A DNA stretch of 64,000 nt from Lama guanicoe (taxonomy: Eukaryota), in the NCBI GenBank assembly GCA_013239625.1, contig MU053881.1, positions 10,344,873-10,408,872 on the forward strand. The letters run 5' to 3'. The notes under the pieces were generated by a model. It made no database searches. It was given only the letters and a program-made list of their open reading frames with translations, and was not told the DNA's origin. The position numbers were made by a program, and so were the translations under genes. This document shows, piece after piece, positions 38,041 to 52,871 of the stretch (its first letter is position 1; each line of letters begins with the position of its first letter).

Positions 38041-38467
38041 AAAATGCTGTCCCTTCCAAAACTGGCCTAACAATTTCCTAGTGTTGAGATCAGAAACACA
38101 TGGATGACTGCCTTACAAGGACTTAGCACAATGCCAAGCACATGAAAAGCAAGTCCATAAATGGTAGCCACTAACTCTTGGGTTCATGAGTTCCACAGAC
38201 AACTGAAGTAGGTAGTCACAGACCGAAGTCACTGCTCTTGGTAGAGCAGTGAACGCCATCTTGCAGGAGAATACTTTCTCCATTCCATTCACATAGTCTA
38301 CATCCAATGTACGATTTCTACCATCTTGCTGGCGTAACAGGCAAAGGCTCCTGCTAAGATGCCATAGGCTTATTTAAGGAAATGGAAAAGAGGAAAGGAA
38401 CAAAACACGTACCAACAAACCAGTATGTCCCCAGGCCCTTAACACATGTATCTGTAGTTAGGCTTCA

Positions 38468-38502
38468 CAAAACAAACAAACAAACAAACAAACAAAAACA
38501 AA
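38468..38502. repeat. (CAAA)n repeat
   Basis: Seen directly. Confidence 0.9.
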
Positions 38503-39489
38503 AGAAAAAACTTGTAGAGCTTTCTATTTCAATTTCATTCCGAAAATAAGAAAACAGAGGCTACAAAAGACCATCTAATTTGCTACTGATTATTTGGACA
38601 GATGATGGAAAGCATGGAATTCTCATCTACTCTCAAGTGCTTCTGACACGCATGGTCTTTGCGTGAGAAGTCACGCTTTATGCGAAAGAAGTCAAGACAT
38701 ATGGTGGCGTACCAGGAGCACGAGAAACATGAGTTCTGCGCTCATAACCATCTCTACCTTTGCCGGATCATTTAATTTTTTGTATGTAGCTATGTCAGAT
38801 GTTCAAAAAGGGAATTAAACTCTGTGAGTATTTCAGGACCCCTTGTCCTAAAATCTGTCAAGTCTAATTATTTAGAGCACTGACAGTGGACATTTTTTAA
38901 ATAAGAATTAAGGCTTATATAGTCCTTAAATATGCATCAGAAGCTGTTCTAAGCTCTTTGCAAATAGTAAATGTCATTGAATTAATTGAACTCATGGAAC
39001 AATACCTACGATGCAGTTATTATTATTAGATACTACTGTTATCAGCACCATACATATAAAGGAATTAAGGCCCAGAGATGTTACGTAACATGGCCAAGGC
39101 CACGAAAAGGCAAAACAGGGCCCTTAACCCAAGAATCCTGGATCAGTTTTGTGATTTTCATGGCTATGCAACCATCAGAACATTGAGTCAGTTTCTTCTG
39201 AGGAAAACAAGCAAAAATAAGAACATGTATTGTGATTCCGAATGGTCAAGATCTAGTGCCTGAAGGGGAGCAACCTTGTGTAACCAGAAAAGAATGATGA
39301 GGTTACTGAGAAGCGAAGCAGAAAAGGTCAAGGAGAAAAGGGCTAAAATGCAAGCCACTGCCGGAGGCTCCCGAACGTGCACAGACAGTCACAGTTTAAT
39401 TCTGTAGATTCAGCCAGCCTGGAATCCAGGCCCCTGTCTTCAGGTGACTTAGGACTTAGATTTTTTTCCCAGGAAAGCATCCTTCCAAT

Positions 39490-39662
39490 TCTCAAAGGTC
39501 TTCAAAGTGTGGTCCTGGACAAGTAGCATCAGCACCACCTAGAAGCTTACAAATACAAACTTAATCTGCTCAGATAGACACTCTGGCGAGTTCAGTCCAG
39601 CACCTGCGTGTTAATACGCCCTTCAGGGGAGGCTGCTGCATATAAAATTTGAGAACTACTGC
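39490..39662. mobile_element. MER5A MITE
   Basis: caaagtgtggtcctggacaagtagcatcagcaccacctagaagctt...tttgagaactactg. Confidence 0.85.
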
Positions 39663-39999
39663 TTTAAGACATGTGATCTGAATAACCCTGATCTGGATCT
39701 GACTTTGATGTGGACTTCTGAATCAGACGGGGTCCATCATAACATAACATTGGATACGCCTGAATAAAAGGGGCTGATCACCGATGTGGACACTCTGAAA
39801 TATCACTTCAAGAATCTTATGGGAAATTTTGAGAGGACAATATGTGAGATTAGAACTGCTCACCACTAGTACAGGAGAGCTTGCCTGAGAATGGAGTCCA
39901 TCCGGAGAAATGCAGAGATCAAGGCAGGTGGAGCTACGCCATCCCTTAACAACATCTCTCTGCATCTCTGAGTTCTCTGCAGCCAAAATGATATGCGGT

Positions 40000-40290
40000 T
40001 TCATGTTTCTTTCTTCATGTGGTTTCCTCTGTTTGCAATGCTCTTCCCACTGTTTTACCTTTCTCATGCAGAATTAACCATTCCCTGTTCTCATTCACAC
40101 ACCAGTCTTTTCTTATCCTGAACACAGTACTAATTACCCTCCATTATGGTTATTTGTGTATATCCTCTCCTCTCCCAAAAGAGGAGCTCCCTGAAGGTAA
40201 GAGAGTAAAATTGCTGCTTATTTTTTTAATACTTGTATCCCAAGCACTTAGCATCATAATAGATGCCTGAAATGTTTGTTGAATAAATAA
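40000..40290 (+). mobile_element. L2 3' end
   Basis: gagctccctgaaggtaagag...cttgtatcccaagcacttagca...aatgtttgttgaataaataa. Confidence 0.75.
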
Positions 40291-42056
40291 CTTTCCTGCA
40301 TTCCTCATAAGGTTATTGCAAGGATCAAATAAGAATAAGACTTAGAATAAGGCTTAGTTAGAATATAAAGCTCTATACAACATGCAAACATGAGTCATAT
40401 TTATAATTACTAATCTTTTATCTTGTGGGCTTCTCTTTTCTACAGATGTGTCATCACAAGGGATGACTAGGAAATAAGACTGGGCAAACTTGTAAATCTG
40501 TGGTAAATTGATTTTAAAAATGGCTGTGATTCTTGACTGCTCCCATATATAAAATCAGCACATAAATACATAGAAAAATCACCACTGTATTAGGAATATA
40601 AAAGTGAGACTGAGGTTCCCTGAGTTACGTGTTATCTAAAGATTTGATTTAGTCTGAGTGATTTAGCAAAAGAGTAGCACAAGGGAGCAACTGGAATGAG
40701 ACTTTCAGGCAAAAGGAATAGCATGCATAAAGGCCCTGTGGCAGCAGGCATCTGGTGTGAGGGGCCTGGAGAAGTAGAAAAAGACTGTACTGGACACTAA
40801 GCTATGTTAGGGAGTTTGGTGATTTTTTTTTTCTTTTTAACAAAAGTAATGAAAAACCATGAAAAGGTGTTATGTAGAAGAATAACATGATCAGATTAGT
40901 ATTTTAAAATACTGCCCTGGAACTTACGGCTTTTCCATAGTTATTTCAGGCCCAACCCTGATATTTCATTGCATTTATTACTTCTGAATTGTAAGGTTAA
41001 AGAATAATAATCATTCTTAACTTTTAAAAGTTATGCTTATTTTATGTTTCCTAACTTTCACTTGAGCTATGAAATTTGTTAAATATGGACCCCCTTTTCA
41101 TCTAGGAGAGTATCATCACCTTTCTATTTCCCCATTGTGAAAAATTAAGTGTGAATTTAACAGATTCCAGTAACCCTCATTTTAGGAAGTCCCTCATTCA
41201 AAGCAAAACTGCACTCATGCAAAAATTAATCTACACATATCTGATTCTTACACACATTATTAGAACAGCTTTACTCATTTCAAATGCTTATATTTAAAAC
41301 ATACTATGGACTGTGTAAGCAAATTAACACATAAAATTCTTTTTAAAAATTATAAAGTTGCCAGATTTTATACATAAAACACTGCAAAAGAATTTGTCCT
41401 TATTCAATATTGAAATCAGAAATTATAAAACATGGGCACTTCCAGCCACTACTATTACTTAGCACTCAATTAATACAACATCACAATAAAAAAGAATAGA
41501 GAAATCCCAAAGGAAATTAAGATTGGATAACAAATGCCATGGTATAATCAATAACATGTATTGACAATATAAGCCCTTAGTTTAGCCTAGATAAGTAAGA
41601 AATATTTTGTTACATTAATATTCGGCAGATTCTACAGATTGTACTGACTTTACATTCTTTTAAAAACTGGTTTTGTTTCATTTGGATGTTCTAGCAAAAC
41701 TGCAGCTGTCTGACACCGCCCTGCTCTCTGCTCCAAATCACAGATCCCACACTCCCACATCATCTCCGTGTTTCTCCACTGCCACTTTAGGAACACATGA
41801 TTGCTATTGTCAGCTGCAATTACCACCCACTGCAGAGGTTTGCTTAAGCTGATTAGTTACAGAAGGTATATATGTTTTAGCAGCTTTGAGACAGAGCAAA
41901 CTATACATGTAATTCACCATATGATGTTTACTTTGTATTCCAGTATAACAGAGGACAAAAAAGGCAAAGAATAGAGACAACCATGTAATAAGGAGATAGC
42001 TTCACAGACATGAACTCATCTTTGGCCCGTTCCCACTTTGGCCCACATGCTCTAGG

Positions 42057-42249
42057 TGATGGGGTTCCGAAACTCAGCATTGTTGCCAATTCTTTGTTGT
42101 AGGTGGCTGTCATGGGCCCTGTAGGATATTAGCAGCATCCCTGGTCTCTACCCATGACACCTGCCCTCCAGTTGTGACAAGCAATATGGTTTGCAGGCAT
42201 CGCCAAGTGTCCTCTGGGAAGCAAAATAGCTTCTGGTTGAGAACCACTG
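42057..42249 (+). mobile_element. MER20 hAT-Charlie MITE
   Basis: tgtaggatattagcagcatccctggtctctaccca...ccagttgtgacaa...ggttgagaaccactg. Confidence 0.88.
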
Positions 42250-42789
42250 CTCTGGGTTGTGCCAGTTTAGAGCTAAGATACCCGCTTGCTTCTTCTTTCT
42301 TCCTGAAGTTGCTGCCTCCTGAGAATTACCTAGCTGTGCTACTGTTCACTAGCAAATAGGCTCCCAATGAGTTCTGATCTACTAGCCTGATCCCCTCCTG
42401 ATCCTTACTCTGCCCTACCCACAAATTGGCTTATTTAATAAGAATTTTAGTAATAACAGACTTAAGGAAATGAGTACTGGCTATTATTATAAAATATTTA
42501 TAATGTGCCAGGCCTTGCGTCTAAGCAAACTGTATACATATATCTTGTATAATCTTTATACAAGCCTCATGAGATTAGGTAATATTACCTTAATTTATAG
42601 CTGAGTGAATTGGCATTTAGAAAGGTTAAGCAATGCTCTCAGGGAAAAAAAAATTCAAAATTCTGACATTCTTTTCAAGCCCCTTTAGGATTTGGCCATA
42701 ATTGCCCTTTCCAACCCACCCTCAACCACAGAGACCAACCAGGATTTACTTCAATTTCTCGAACAAACACACCAGTCTGCAGGAAGCCA

Positions 42790-43105
42790 CATATGCTGTT
42801 CCTGTCCTGGCGAATTTGCTCCCCTGAATTCTCCCATTCCCAAATGGACCCATTCATTCTTTGACTTCAACTTGGACATCACTTTTATTAGATATACCTC
42901 ATCTAACCCGATATGATTAGGCCTTCTCTTTGGAGAGTCACTGTACTTGTAATTTAAGTGTCCTTGTTTGTTTCTTACACTTGTCTCTTCTCTCTCTGAA
43001 GAAATGCACTTTGCTTAGTCCAAAGCTATTTCCCCAGTGCCTAGAACTGTGCTGGGCTCAAAGTTACCACTATGTAAATGTTACTGACTGAGAAAAGGAA
43101 TGAAT
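42790..43105 (+). mobile_element. L2 3' end within a split antisense MIR
   Basis: tatttccccagtgcctagaactgtgctggg...taaatgttactgactga. Confidence 0.65.
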
Positions 43106-44048
43106 CTCCCCAGAACCCTTTAGCTCAGAAGTGGTGGAACAGGGTTTTGACTCAAGTCATTCTGAATTTGAAGTCAGATTCCAAACTCTTGGACTTATTA
43201 AAGCACACCCATCTGAAAAGTTTCTCTATCCTGCTGGCTTCATTTTAGCCCTTCCCAACTACCAACCATGACCTTATACGAAGAAAACTTGAGCTGCGTA
43301 AATATCATGTGGTCTCATCTCGGAAATAGTAATGTCTAAGACTATTATTTGCGATACCATGGAACACACCCCTAAAAAGAGGAAGTAGATCATTAAATTA
43401 AAATGATGAAAATTGGATGACTTTAATAAAAATCACAACCCACAAGGAGCTATTAAAAAAAAATCCTGTACTAGATATTATCAATTCACATGATAATGAG
43501 TTTAATATTGTGGTGGAGTTTCAAATGCCAAGTATCACCCTCCGTGACTGTTAACAAATGGAGTTCCACCATGTGTGAAAATTTCATGATGATACAATCT
43601 GTGCTTCCCAATATATTTCAAGAGATAGCAAGTGGTGATGGTTAAGACTTTTCTAACCAGTCTTCAGATTGCACTGAACTTCATTATGATCGGATGACCT
43701 CCTCAAACCCAATAACAGGCAGTGGCACAATTCTCTGCAAATGATTGAATGGCTATGTTGACAATATCCAAAGTGCCTTGTGAAATATGTTTAATTATGC
43801 ATAGGTTAACAGCTGTTTGTTTAGTGCACTGTATATAGGAAGAGATATTCAAGTCAGAAGTCATATATAACCTATTGGAAAAGGATATTAAAGACAGCTA
43901 TTGTGTAAACATCCACTTTGGAGCTGGATGCCAAATGTCAACATTCCAAATGTATGAGTAACTGCATTTTCTTATCTATCCTACTGCTTGTGGTTTTGTA
44001 ATTAGTCCACTGGGTAATGGCAACATTACAAAAAGGCTATTAATCTAA

Positions 44049-44329
44049 ATTCATGATTTAGTTCTACATGAAGGAAAAAAAAAACCTCTTAGCTGGTAGC
44101 TAAAGCTTAAATTCTGAACCTAACTTAAAAATAAATGAATACATAAATTTTTAAAAAAATGAAACAAAGATAAACTGAACCCGATCTCATTCATGATTTA
44201 GTTCTACATGAAGGAAAAAAAAAAACCTCTTAGCTGGTAGCTAAAGCTTAAATTCTGAACCTAACTTAAAAATAAATGAATACATAAATTTTTAAAAAAA
44301 TGAAACAAAGATAAACTGAACCCGATCTC
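44049..44329. repeat. Tandem duplication: 140 bp + 141 bp
   Basis: 44049-44188 and 44189-44329 are identical except for A10 versus A11 in one homopolymer. Confidence 0.97.
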
Positions 44330-44911
44330 CATGAACAACAACAAAATCTCTGGAAGGGCAGTTCCCTTAACCCCTCACCTTGGGGAATCCGAAGTAGTAA
44401 ATAATATGATGACTATAAAAATAACTATAATTCTTTCACACAAACAGCAATGACTTATATCTCTATAATTGGATTATATATTATCCTATATAATACTTTT
44501 TGTATTGTTCTCTCAAATTACTCATAATGCCTGCCACTGCTTCGATCTCCTTTGGAAACAAAGTTGGTATATTATACTTTTTTCTGCTCAAGTATATACT
44601 TATATGCATAACAAATGACTAAAAATGTTTGATGAAGAAAATATTTAAAAAATTAATTCCCCTTAGCCAACTCTCTATTGCCTCTGGATGGGAGGGGAAT
44701 TCCACATCCTCTGTCAACTTATCTTTTGATTTTTTCACTTCATTCTCATTCCAACAGGAAATTGCTTAGATGTAAAAAAAATGTGTTGAAATGTTTGCAA
44801 GGAGAATCTGGTGGCTTACAGAGGATTATTAAATGATGATTAGATAAAGGGGAGTGAGACAGAGATCTTAATTGTATTGAAGACTTCCTATGTGACAGTC
44901 ACAGTGGCATT

Positions 44912-45843
44912 TTTTTACTTTATTTTTTATTGAAGTATAGTCAGTTACAATGTGTCAATTTCTGATATACACCACAATGTCCCAGTCATGCATATATATA
45001 CATATATTTGTTTTCATATTCTTTTTCATTAAAGGTTATTACAAGATATTAAATATAGTTCCCCGTGCTATACAGAAGAAATTGGGTTTTTTATCTATTT
45101 TTATACATAGTAGTTAATATCTGCAAATCTCAAACTCCCAAATCTATCCCTTCCCACCCCCATTCCTCTGGTAACGATAAGATTGTTTACTGTGTCTGTA
45201 AGTCTGTTTCTGTTTTGCAGATGAGTTCATGGTGTCCTCTTTTTCCTTTTTTTTAGATTTCACATATGAGTGATACCATATGGTATTTTTCTTTCTCTTT
45301 CTGGCTTACTTCACTTAGGATGATGATCTCCAGGTCCATCCATGTTGCTGCAAGTGGCATTATTTTATTCTTTTTTATGGCTGAGTAGTATTCCATGTAT
45401 AAATATAATAGTTTCTTTATCCAGTTATCTGTCAATGGACATTTAGTTTGCTTCCATGTCTTGGCTATTGTATATAGTGCTGCTGTGAACACTGAGGTGT
45501 GTATATCTTTTCGAATTAGAGTTCCTTCTGGATATATGCCCAAGAGTGGGATTGCTGGATCATATATAGTAAGTCTAGTTTTAGTTTTTTGAAAAATCTC
45601 CATACTGTTTTCCATAATGGCTACACCAAACTACAATGCCAGCAGCAGTGTAAGGAGGGTTCCCTTTTCTCCACACCCTCTCCAGCATTTATCATTTGTG
45701 GAATTTTGAATAATGGACATTCTGACTGGTAAGAGGTGATACTTCACTGTAGTTTTGATTTGCATTCCTCTGATAATTAGCCATATAGACCATGTTTTCA
45801 TGTGCCTATTGACCATTTGTATGTCTGCACTGGAGAACTGCTT
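44912..45843 (-). mobile_element. 5'-truncated young L1 (ORF2 C-terminus + 3' UTR + polyA), inserted in a MIR
   Basis: ORFs 45253-45615 and 45631-45816 are L1 3'-end translations (YDPAIPLLGIYP, TIAKTWKQ); TSD acagtggcatt at 44901-44911 and 45844-45854. Confidence 0.95.
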
Positions 45844-48199
45844 ACAGTGGCATTCTTTTTAAAAAATGGTGCATCATATAATCACTACTAAAGTACCATA
45901 AGAGGGGAATTACTGTTATCTTAATTACATTTCCTGGAAATTCAGTAATCATGTAATATACCCATGAGTATCAGCTAGATATGGGAAAAATTAAAACTTA
46001 TATTCTTGTCTTTTTTATATGAAGTCTATCCTCTTTTTATGTATTTGGATTATACAATAAGCAATTATTAAAATGCTACCATTCGTATTAGATGGTATGC
46101 TAAATTCTCAGAGTTCTGCTCAGATCACAGTTTATAGAATGATACAAATGAATAAGCACATAATTACAGCAGACGAAAAAGAGAAAGGACAAGTATATAA
46201 TAACACAGGTGAACTAAGAAAAATGTATTATTTTGTCAAAATGTTCAATGTTACCTTAAAGTATAATTTGTTACTATTTTTAAATACAGAGAAATAACAA
46301 TAAAAAATTAATATGGTTCATGATGACATCAACCAGATATTATTGACATTAGAAATTACCAGAACTATGAAGAGGTACCAAATATAATGTGTAAACCCCT
46401 ATACTTGCATCCAAAAACCCTGCTAATAAAGCTATTTTGCAGAAGGCTTCCTCTGTGTGCCTTGTGGATGACCTGATGGGCACTCTACAGACATTTCTGC
46501 ATCTTGCATTTTTTAAAATAATATACTTTGTGGCAATTTCTATGTTAATACCTTAGGGTCTATGACATTTAACAGCTCACTAGTTTTTTATTGTACAGAG
46601 GTACCAGAATTGAGCTAATTAATCTCTATTGATGAAAATTTAAGTCATTTCCAGGATGTGCTATTAAAAATGCTGCACTAAACATCCTGTGCATGTGTTT
46701 AAATATGAACTTTTTAATGTATAGTGACAGATTCCTAACATTAAAATTTCTAGATCAAATATTATTGTATAAATGACAAATTTTATGCATTGTTAAGTAT
46801 AATCCCTACTCTCTAATTAAATGAGAAAATAATGGTGACAATTAGGACTAATTTAAGGGTTTTTTTTCTACCCGAAGTCAGCTTAGACATCAATCCAGAT
46901 TTGTTATACTGCCTGATAAATGATCAAGATAGTTCAACTTCAATATATAGAATAAAGATGAAAGAATTTACATTTTGAATTATTTAAAGCAATTTTCAAA
47001 AAAGGGGATTGTGTATACATGAAAGTTCTGTGGTTTGGTTTGGTTACCTTTTAAACCGAGTTATACAGAAGTCCCATAGAACCCACCTAGTTTCCTTAAT
47101 AGCTCTCTGCTGAGAAAGACTTTCCCTGGTCTTATTTCTCATAATACTTTCAAAGTAAAAAAAAAAAAATTGTTCCTCAGTCTCTATAGTTTCTCTTGAA
47201 TCATGGGTCATACTGGTTAAACAACATTTTTTCAAAACAGTAAATAATATAAAATTATAACGAACAACAACTGAGTATTTGCTAAATGCCAGTCACTACT
47301 ATAACTAATAGGCTGTATCAATTCACTTAACCTTCACAGAAGCACCATGAAGAACTTTCAGGAGTTGGAATTTGAATCCATGATGAACCTGGGGGGTATC
47401 TTTTCAGAACGTATGTTGTTAACCACTACACTACAGTTTTCTTAAGGGCAAAATATGTTCATATCATGGAATGATGCTAAAAAAGTTTATGATATTAAGA
47501 TGCTTTATTTTGACTCAATGAGAAGTTGATACCAGTACATATTCTACTGCAATTTGAACTCTTTCAGATGACAGCTTCCAACAATGACTTATCAAAGGCT
47601 CATGCAGGCTGAAAGAATCACTAATCCTCAGTTTACCTGATAAATCCTTTCTCTCAATCTTTCCTTTCTTTTTAGATTAATCTACTTATTTAGATGGAAT
47701 TTTTATTCCCAGGTAGTCAAACTAGTAATAGGTAATTTCTTTGAACTTAAAGGAAAAAAACACGATGCATCTTAACTCACCTGAAGTTTACTAAAGAAAA
47801 AAAAGTAATTTTTAAATTGAGATTGACAGAAAATGCGAACATCTGAAGACCATTTTTTAATCATTAAAATAATACATTGATTATTTGTATTATTTGTTTA
47901 GTGATCCTCAGAGAATAAGTCAGCATATAATTAACATGAAGCATCTCATAATGGCTTTAGGATCTATTTATGTTTGATGTTAGCCTCACTGGTTCCAGAC
48001 AGTACCAATGAGTCCAAAGAATGAGGTATATTTCCACTTAGACAACATACCTCTGGCAAAAAAGACAAACAGATACCTTCTCTACCTGATTCTCAAGGGG
48101 TACTGAACACAGAAAGCATAAAATGCTCACTGCAGAAAACATCTTTGGGGAAAATGGTGGGCTAATAACACTGCTTTCACTATCAGTGACTAGTAACAA

Positions 48200-48430
48200 T
48201 AATAATTATAACAGTGTCTCATTTTATTGAGCATTTATATGTGCCAGCTTTGTCCTAAATCTTTTACAGACATCATTTCATTTATTCTTCAGGGTAAATG
48301 AGGTAGGTACATTTATCCATTTTACAGAGAAGGAAACTGAGGCAAAGGACTCATTACACTGTTTTTCCAAATTGATACAACTAGTGGGAAAGCCCAGATT
48401 AAAATCCGGACAAGACTTCATAGATCTGAA
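48200..48430 (-). mobile_element. MIR SINE
   Basis: tttattgagcatttatatgtgccag...ccattttacagagaaggaaactgaggc. Confidence 0.85.
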
Positions 48431-48735
48431 CTGCTGGAAAGACTCAAGTATGTGAAAGTAGAGCTATAATTGCTTTCAAGTGTATATACTTTTCCTGGTA
48501 AACATGCACAAGTGCATATTCCGGTTCGGATGTCCTTTACATGTATCTAGTTTGAAAATTTTAAACTCCAGATAGTGCTAGGCTAAAAGGGAACTTGGGA
48601 AAATACAGATGAACTTCAAAAATAAAGTTTTCTGTATTTTCCCTCCGACTCCTGCCCCATCAGGAATTTTGCTTTTGGACACATCTTGTCTTTCTCGGAC
48701 ACTTAATCTCTCCAAGTTAGATCTTTATCACTGAT

Positions 48736-49245
48736 TTCTTTTTTAATTGAGGTGAAATTCACACAATATAAAATTAGCCATTTTAAAGTGAATAGTTTCG
48801 TAGCATTTAGTACATTCACAATATTGTATAATCACGAACTCTACGTAGCTCCAAAACATCTTCATGACTCCAAAAGGAAAACCTGTACCCACTGATCAGT
48901 TGTCCCTCATCTCTTACTTCCCACAGTTCCCGGCAATCACAAACATTTATTCTGTATCTATGTATTGATCTATTCTGAATACTTCATATAGAAGACTTAG
49001 TACAATGTTTTGGTGGTTCATTGATGTTGTAGCATGTATCAGTAACTGATTTGTTTTTATGGCTGAAAAAATCCCCATCAAATCTATATAGCATCATTTG
49101 TTTATCCATTCAGGTGTTGATGAACAGTTGAGCTGTTTCCATGTTTTGAATATTAGTAGTGTTGCTATGGGTGTAAAAGTACATAAATTGTTTCAGTATC
49201 AGTTTTCAGTTCTTTTGGATGTATTCTCAGGAGTGGAATTGCTGG
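48736..49245 (-). mobile_element. L1MB-like 3' end
   Basis: ttttttaattgaggtgaaattcacacaatataaaattagccattttaaagtg...catttagtacattcacaatattg. Confidence 0.85.
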
Positions 49246-49329
49246 TTAGTGTGTGTGTGTGTGTGTTTTCATGCATAGTCAAGTGACTCACATTCTAAAA
49301 CTCTCTTGACTCAACCAGTCAAGCACTTC

Positions 49330-50205
49330 TAGCTACAACCCAATCTGTTTCCTCCCCTCCACCTTCCAGCTTCTAGGGAGAGCTGTCTATATTTTATACC
49401 TCCATTTATTCACTCTTTACTTTTTCCTCAAGCTCTTTCCATTTTTGCATCAACTGATATCTCACCAGAATCACGGACAATTTTCTGTTTTCTATTATTC
49501 AAGTCTCTTCTTCAACAGCATTCAGTACTGTTAACCAATTCCTCCTCTGGAAGATGACACTCTATTCCCTTGAATTCGACATTCCCTTGGACATTACATT
49601 TCCTGATCATCTGTCTGGTTGTCCCTTATCATTTGCAAGATGAACCCCCTCCACCCAGACTTTAGGTGTTGGTATATCTTAGGGCAGTTCTGAGTACTCA
49701 TTTCTTTTCTCTCTGTACAATCTCTGTAAGTGATCATAACATGTCCTGTAGCTCTAAGAATACTCCGAGGAACCCACTTGTTAATTTCCACTTATCCTTC
49801 CTCTCCCTTGGTCTTTCTGCTCTGGTCTCACTGGCTTTCTTTCAGGTGTCCACACCTGTTAGATTCCCTCCAGTAGAGGGACTTTGCACGTGCTGTTTCT
49901 TTACTGTGTGCTTCTGTTCCTTTCCACCTCAACCCACTCATCTTTCAGATCTCTGCTCAGTCATTACTTCCTCAGTAAAGCTTAATTGACTTCATTAGGT
50001 CAACTATAAATATATATTTCTATTTAAGATATCTTCTCCACTATAAGTGTGACTGACACTCTCTGTTTCATTAGACTGTACATTTTATTAGAGATCATAT
50101 CTATTTCATTTACAATGTCCAGGTCTATTTTTTGTTCAAAAGGACCTAGTATCATATTAGAATATACTAGACACTCAGTAAATATTTGCTGAACAAATAA
50201 ATGAG
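49330..50205 (+). mobile_element. L2 fragments ending in the L2 3' tail
   Basis: cagcattcagtactgttaacca...agggactttgcacgtgctgtt...actcagtaaatatttgctgaacaaataaatga. Confidence 0.75.
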
Positions 50206-52871
50206 ATAAAGAAGGTGATTAATACAATCAATTTTCTCTGCATTGGAGATGGGTAGTTTCCTTAAAATCATGTATATTCTCTTTTACATATTAAAGAGCA
50301 TCTCTAAGGCAAGTATTAAACTCTTAAAGAATCTCCTAAATACTTTTCATTTGCTCTATATGAAACTTAACCCCTCTAAGGATGATGTCAATGACGGAAG
50401 AAATAGAGAAAGACCTGGCAAAAAGTTTTAAGGATTCGAAGAAAAGTTATACTGGGGAAAAAAAAAAAAACGACTTGTAAAAATCAGAGAAACGGAAATA
50501 GAAGGAACAATCAAGTTGATCTCATTCAATCATTTTATTTGAAAGCCAGTGTTACCTACAGGACTGTTACTCTCAGAATCAGAATCAGAAGAAAACTCTG
50601 AATTCACTATTTAATACTACTTATACTATTTTTACTAATTTAATTCAACTTCCCCCTTTTTACATAAAATTAACTTTGACAGACATATGTTTATTTATTT
50701 TGAAATTTTACTGTCTAGTTTAAATTTTTTTAATATTAATTTTCCTTTTTATTCTAATATTCCCCTACTAACTTTCCCATTTCTACCCCTAAGAAATAGT
50801 TTCTGATTTACAAGTAGGTGGATAGATATTAATGAAGAATAGATTCTGCAATGACTTCATCTATTTCTGGGTTGCACTGTAGGACATGCTATGTTTTGGT
50901 AAGAATGTGTATCTTAGGGGTCTTTATTAGCAAAAATGTCCCAGACATCTGTTTTTAGAACAAAGCACTTCTGTCGCCTCAAGTATGACTATCTCTGAAT
51001 TTACATTTGATTATTTAATGCATTTTCCAATGAAAATGTAACAGGGCACCCTGTGAGATAGAAATTGTCAGTTGCTTCTATAGGCAAAGGTTGAAGAACT
51101 GTTCTATAAAATGCCCATTTGGATAGAAACCAAAGTTTCTAAGGAAAAGATGTAACAACATTTGACAATGGCTTCACCTACCCATAACCATACTGAGACA
51201 CTAACGTCGTTGGGAGAAGGTATAATTAATTTGTTTAAAATCAGGGAAACCTTCAAGAGGAAAATAATAAAGAAACTGACTTTTTTCTTAAAGGTCACCT
51301 CAAAATGGGTAGGTTCTATCCGAAGTCAGCTATAGGTTTTTAAAATCTATTGGTCATATTGTATTTGAGATATGTTGTGGTTTACTCCTACAGAGTTAAT
51401 TAATATATGAGTCAGTTGTCAACATTTCAGACATAAGGTTTCACACAAAAATTGGGATTCCTGGTTCCTCTTTTGAAAATTTAATGGCACACTTGTGTCC
51501 TTCCTCTTACACAGTAACACTGATCTAGGTGCGTCATATGCTCTTCAGTTCATCACAGACCCCTCCTGGCTTGCTTTATGCATCTACATTATCTTTGTGG
51601 GCCTTTGGGTTTGCAAATTATATTCTGGGAGGGCAAGATGGAGAATCACCCCAGCAACAGTGAGCAGCTACAGCTGACTACCTTTGCACTAGGCATATGC
51701 AATGGAATGAAATCTAAGAATGTATGTTTCAGCTGTTATAAAGACAGCCCAGACTTGGAGTGACTAACCTCCACAGAGAGAGAGAGATGTCCTCATCCTC
51801 TTCTGTCCCTGAGAAACCATGAGAGATTAGCAGGGGCAACAGAACTCAGACACTACCCCCACCCTCCATGTTGGCTGTGGACAGTAAGGGACTGTGCGTT
51901 TTCTACAAGGATGCCTCACTAGGAGGGACAAGAGTAATGACAGCAGAGAATGAAATCAACCAGAAGATACCCTGGGTTTTCTGGTTTTCTTATTACGAGG
52001 CAGCTGTAATGCCGACCATTTGGATTGAACATACTCCCAGAAGTTCTTGATCTTTTGAGAACTGAGGGATCCCAAGACAGAGAGAATGATATTTTCTTAA
52101 TTGTGGGGAAGGTACTATACCTGATAATCTAGAGTTTACAAAGAAATGATATCTATTTTTTGTGCCTTCAAAATGTGAAACAAAGTAAACTAGTTATATG
52201 ATGAAAACATTCAATGTTTAAATGAAAACATTTATACGTTTGGATTAATATTTAAACTGTTTGCCAAATGTTTTTATGCTGCCTACAGGAAGCATATTCA
52301 GAAGTACCATTGGGCATCCATAGAAAGGTGTTACGACCATATTTGCAGAAAAATGCAACAGTGTGATATGCAGGCCAGAATCCACCTTTCCAGGGATGCT
52401 GTACTGAATTATTCTAAAGTTATCCTTCATGGAGTTGTACTTCCCTCAGTGTATACGTGTGGGCATGTACACACACACGCATGCAAGGTTGTCCATATAC
52501 ATATTTTATGCAGTCATTGAAGAAGCCATAAGAAGAATCACCATTGGAACCAAAAGGGAATTTCTCAGGCATTTTAAAAGAGTGACAATTCACTGGTGTC
52601 TGTTGCCCTTCAGTGAGAACATCATCAGAACCATATGTGACATTTGCTACGAGTGAACTTTACTGATTACCTTCAAGACTTCATATCAAAAATTCTCATA
52701 GTGGAGGGAGGGGTGACCAATTTTGCAAGTGACAGGAGGCTAAGTGTAACAATTTTAATGTATGTTTCTTCCCTGTCCCCTTAAACATTTCTTATTGATA
52801 TGCTATGGCAAAATATTTTTTAAAACACATGCTGGTATTTCGCTCCCAAAAATATTAGAAAATGCCTCTGA

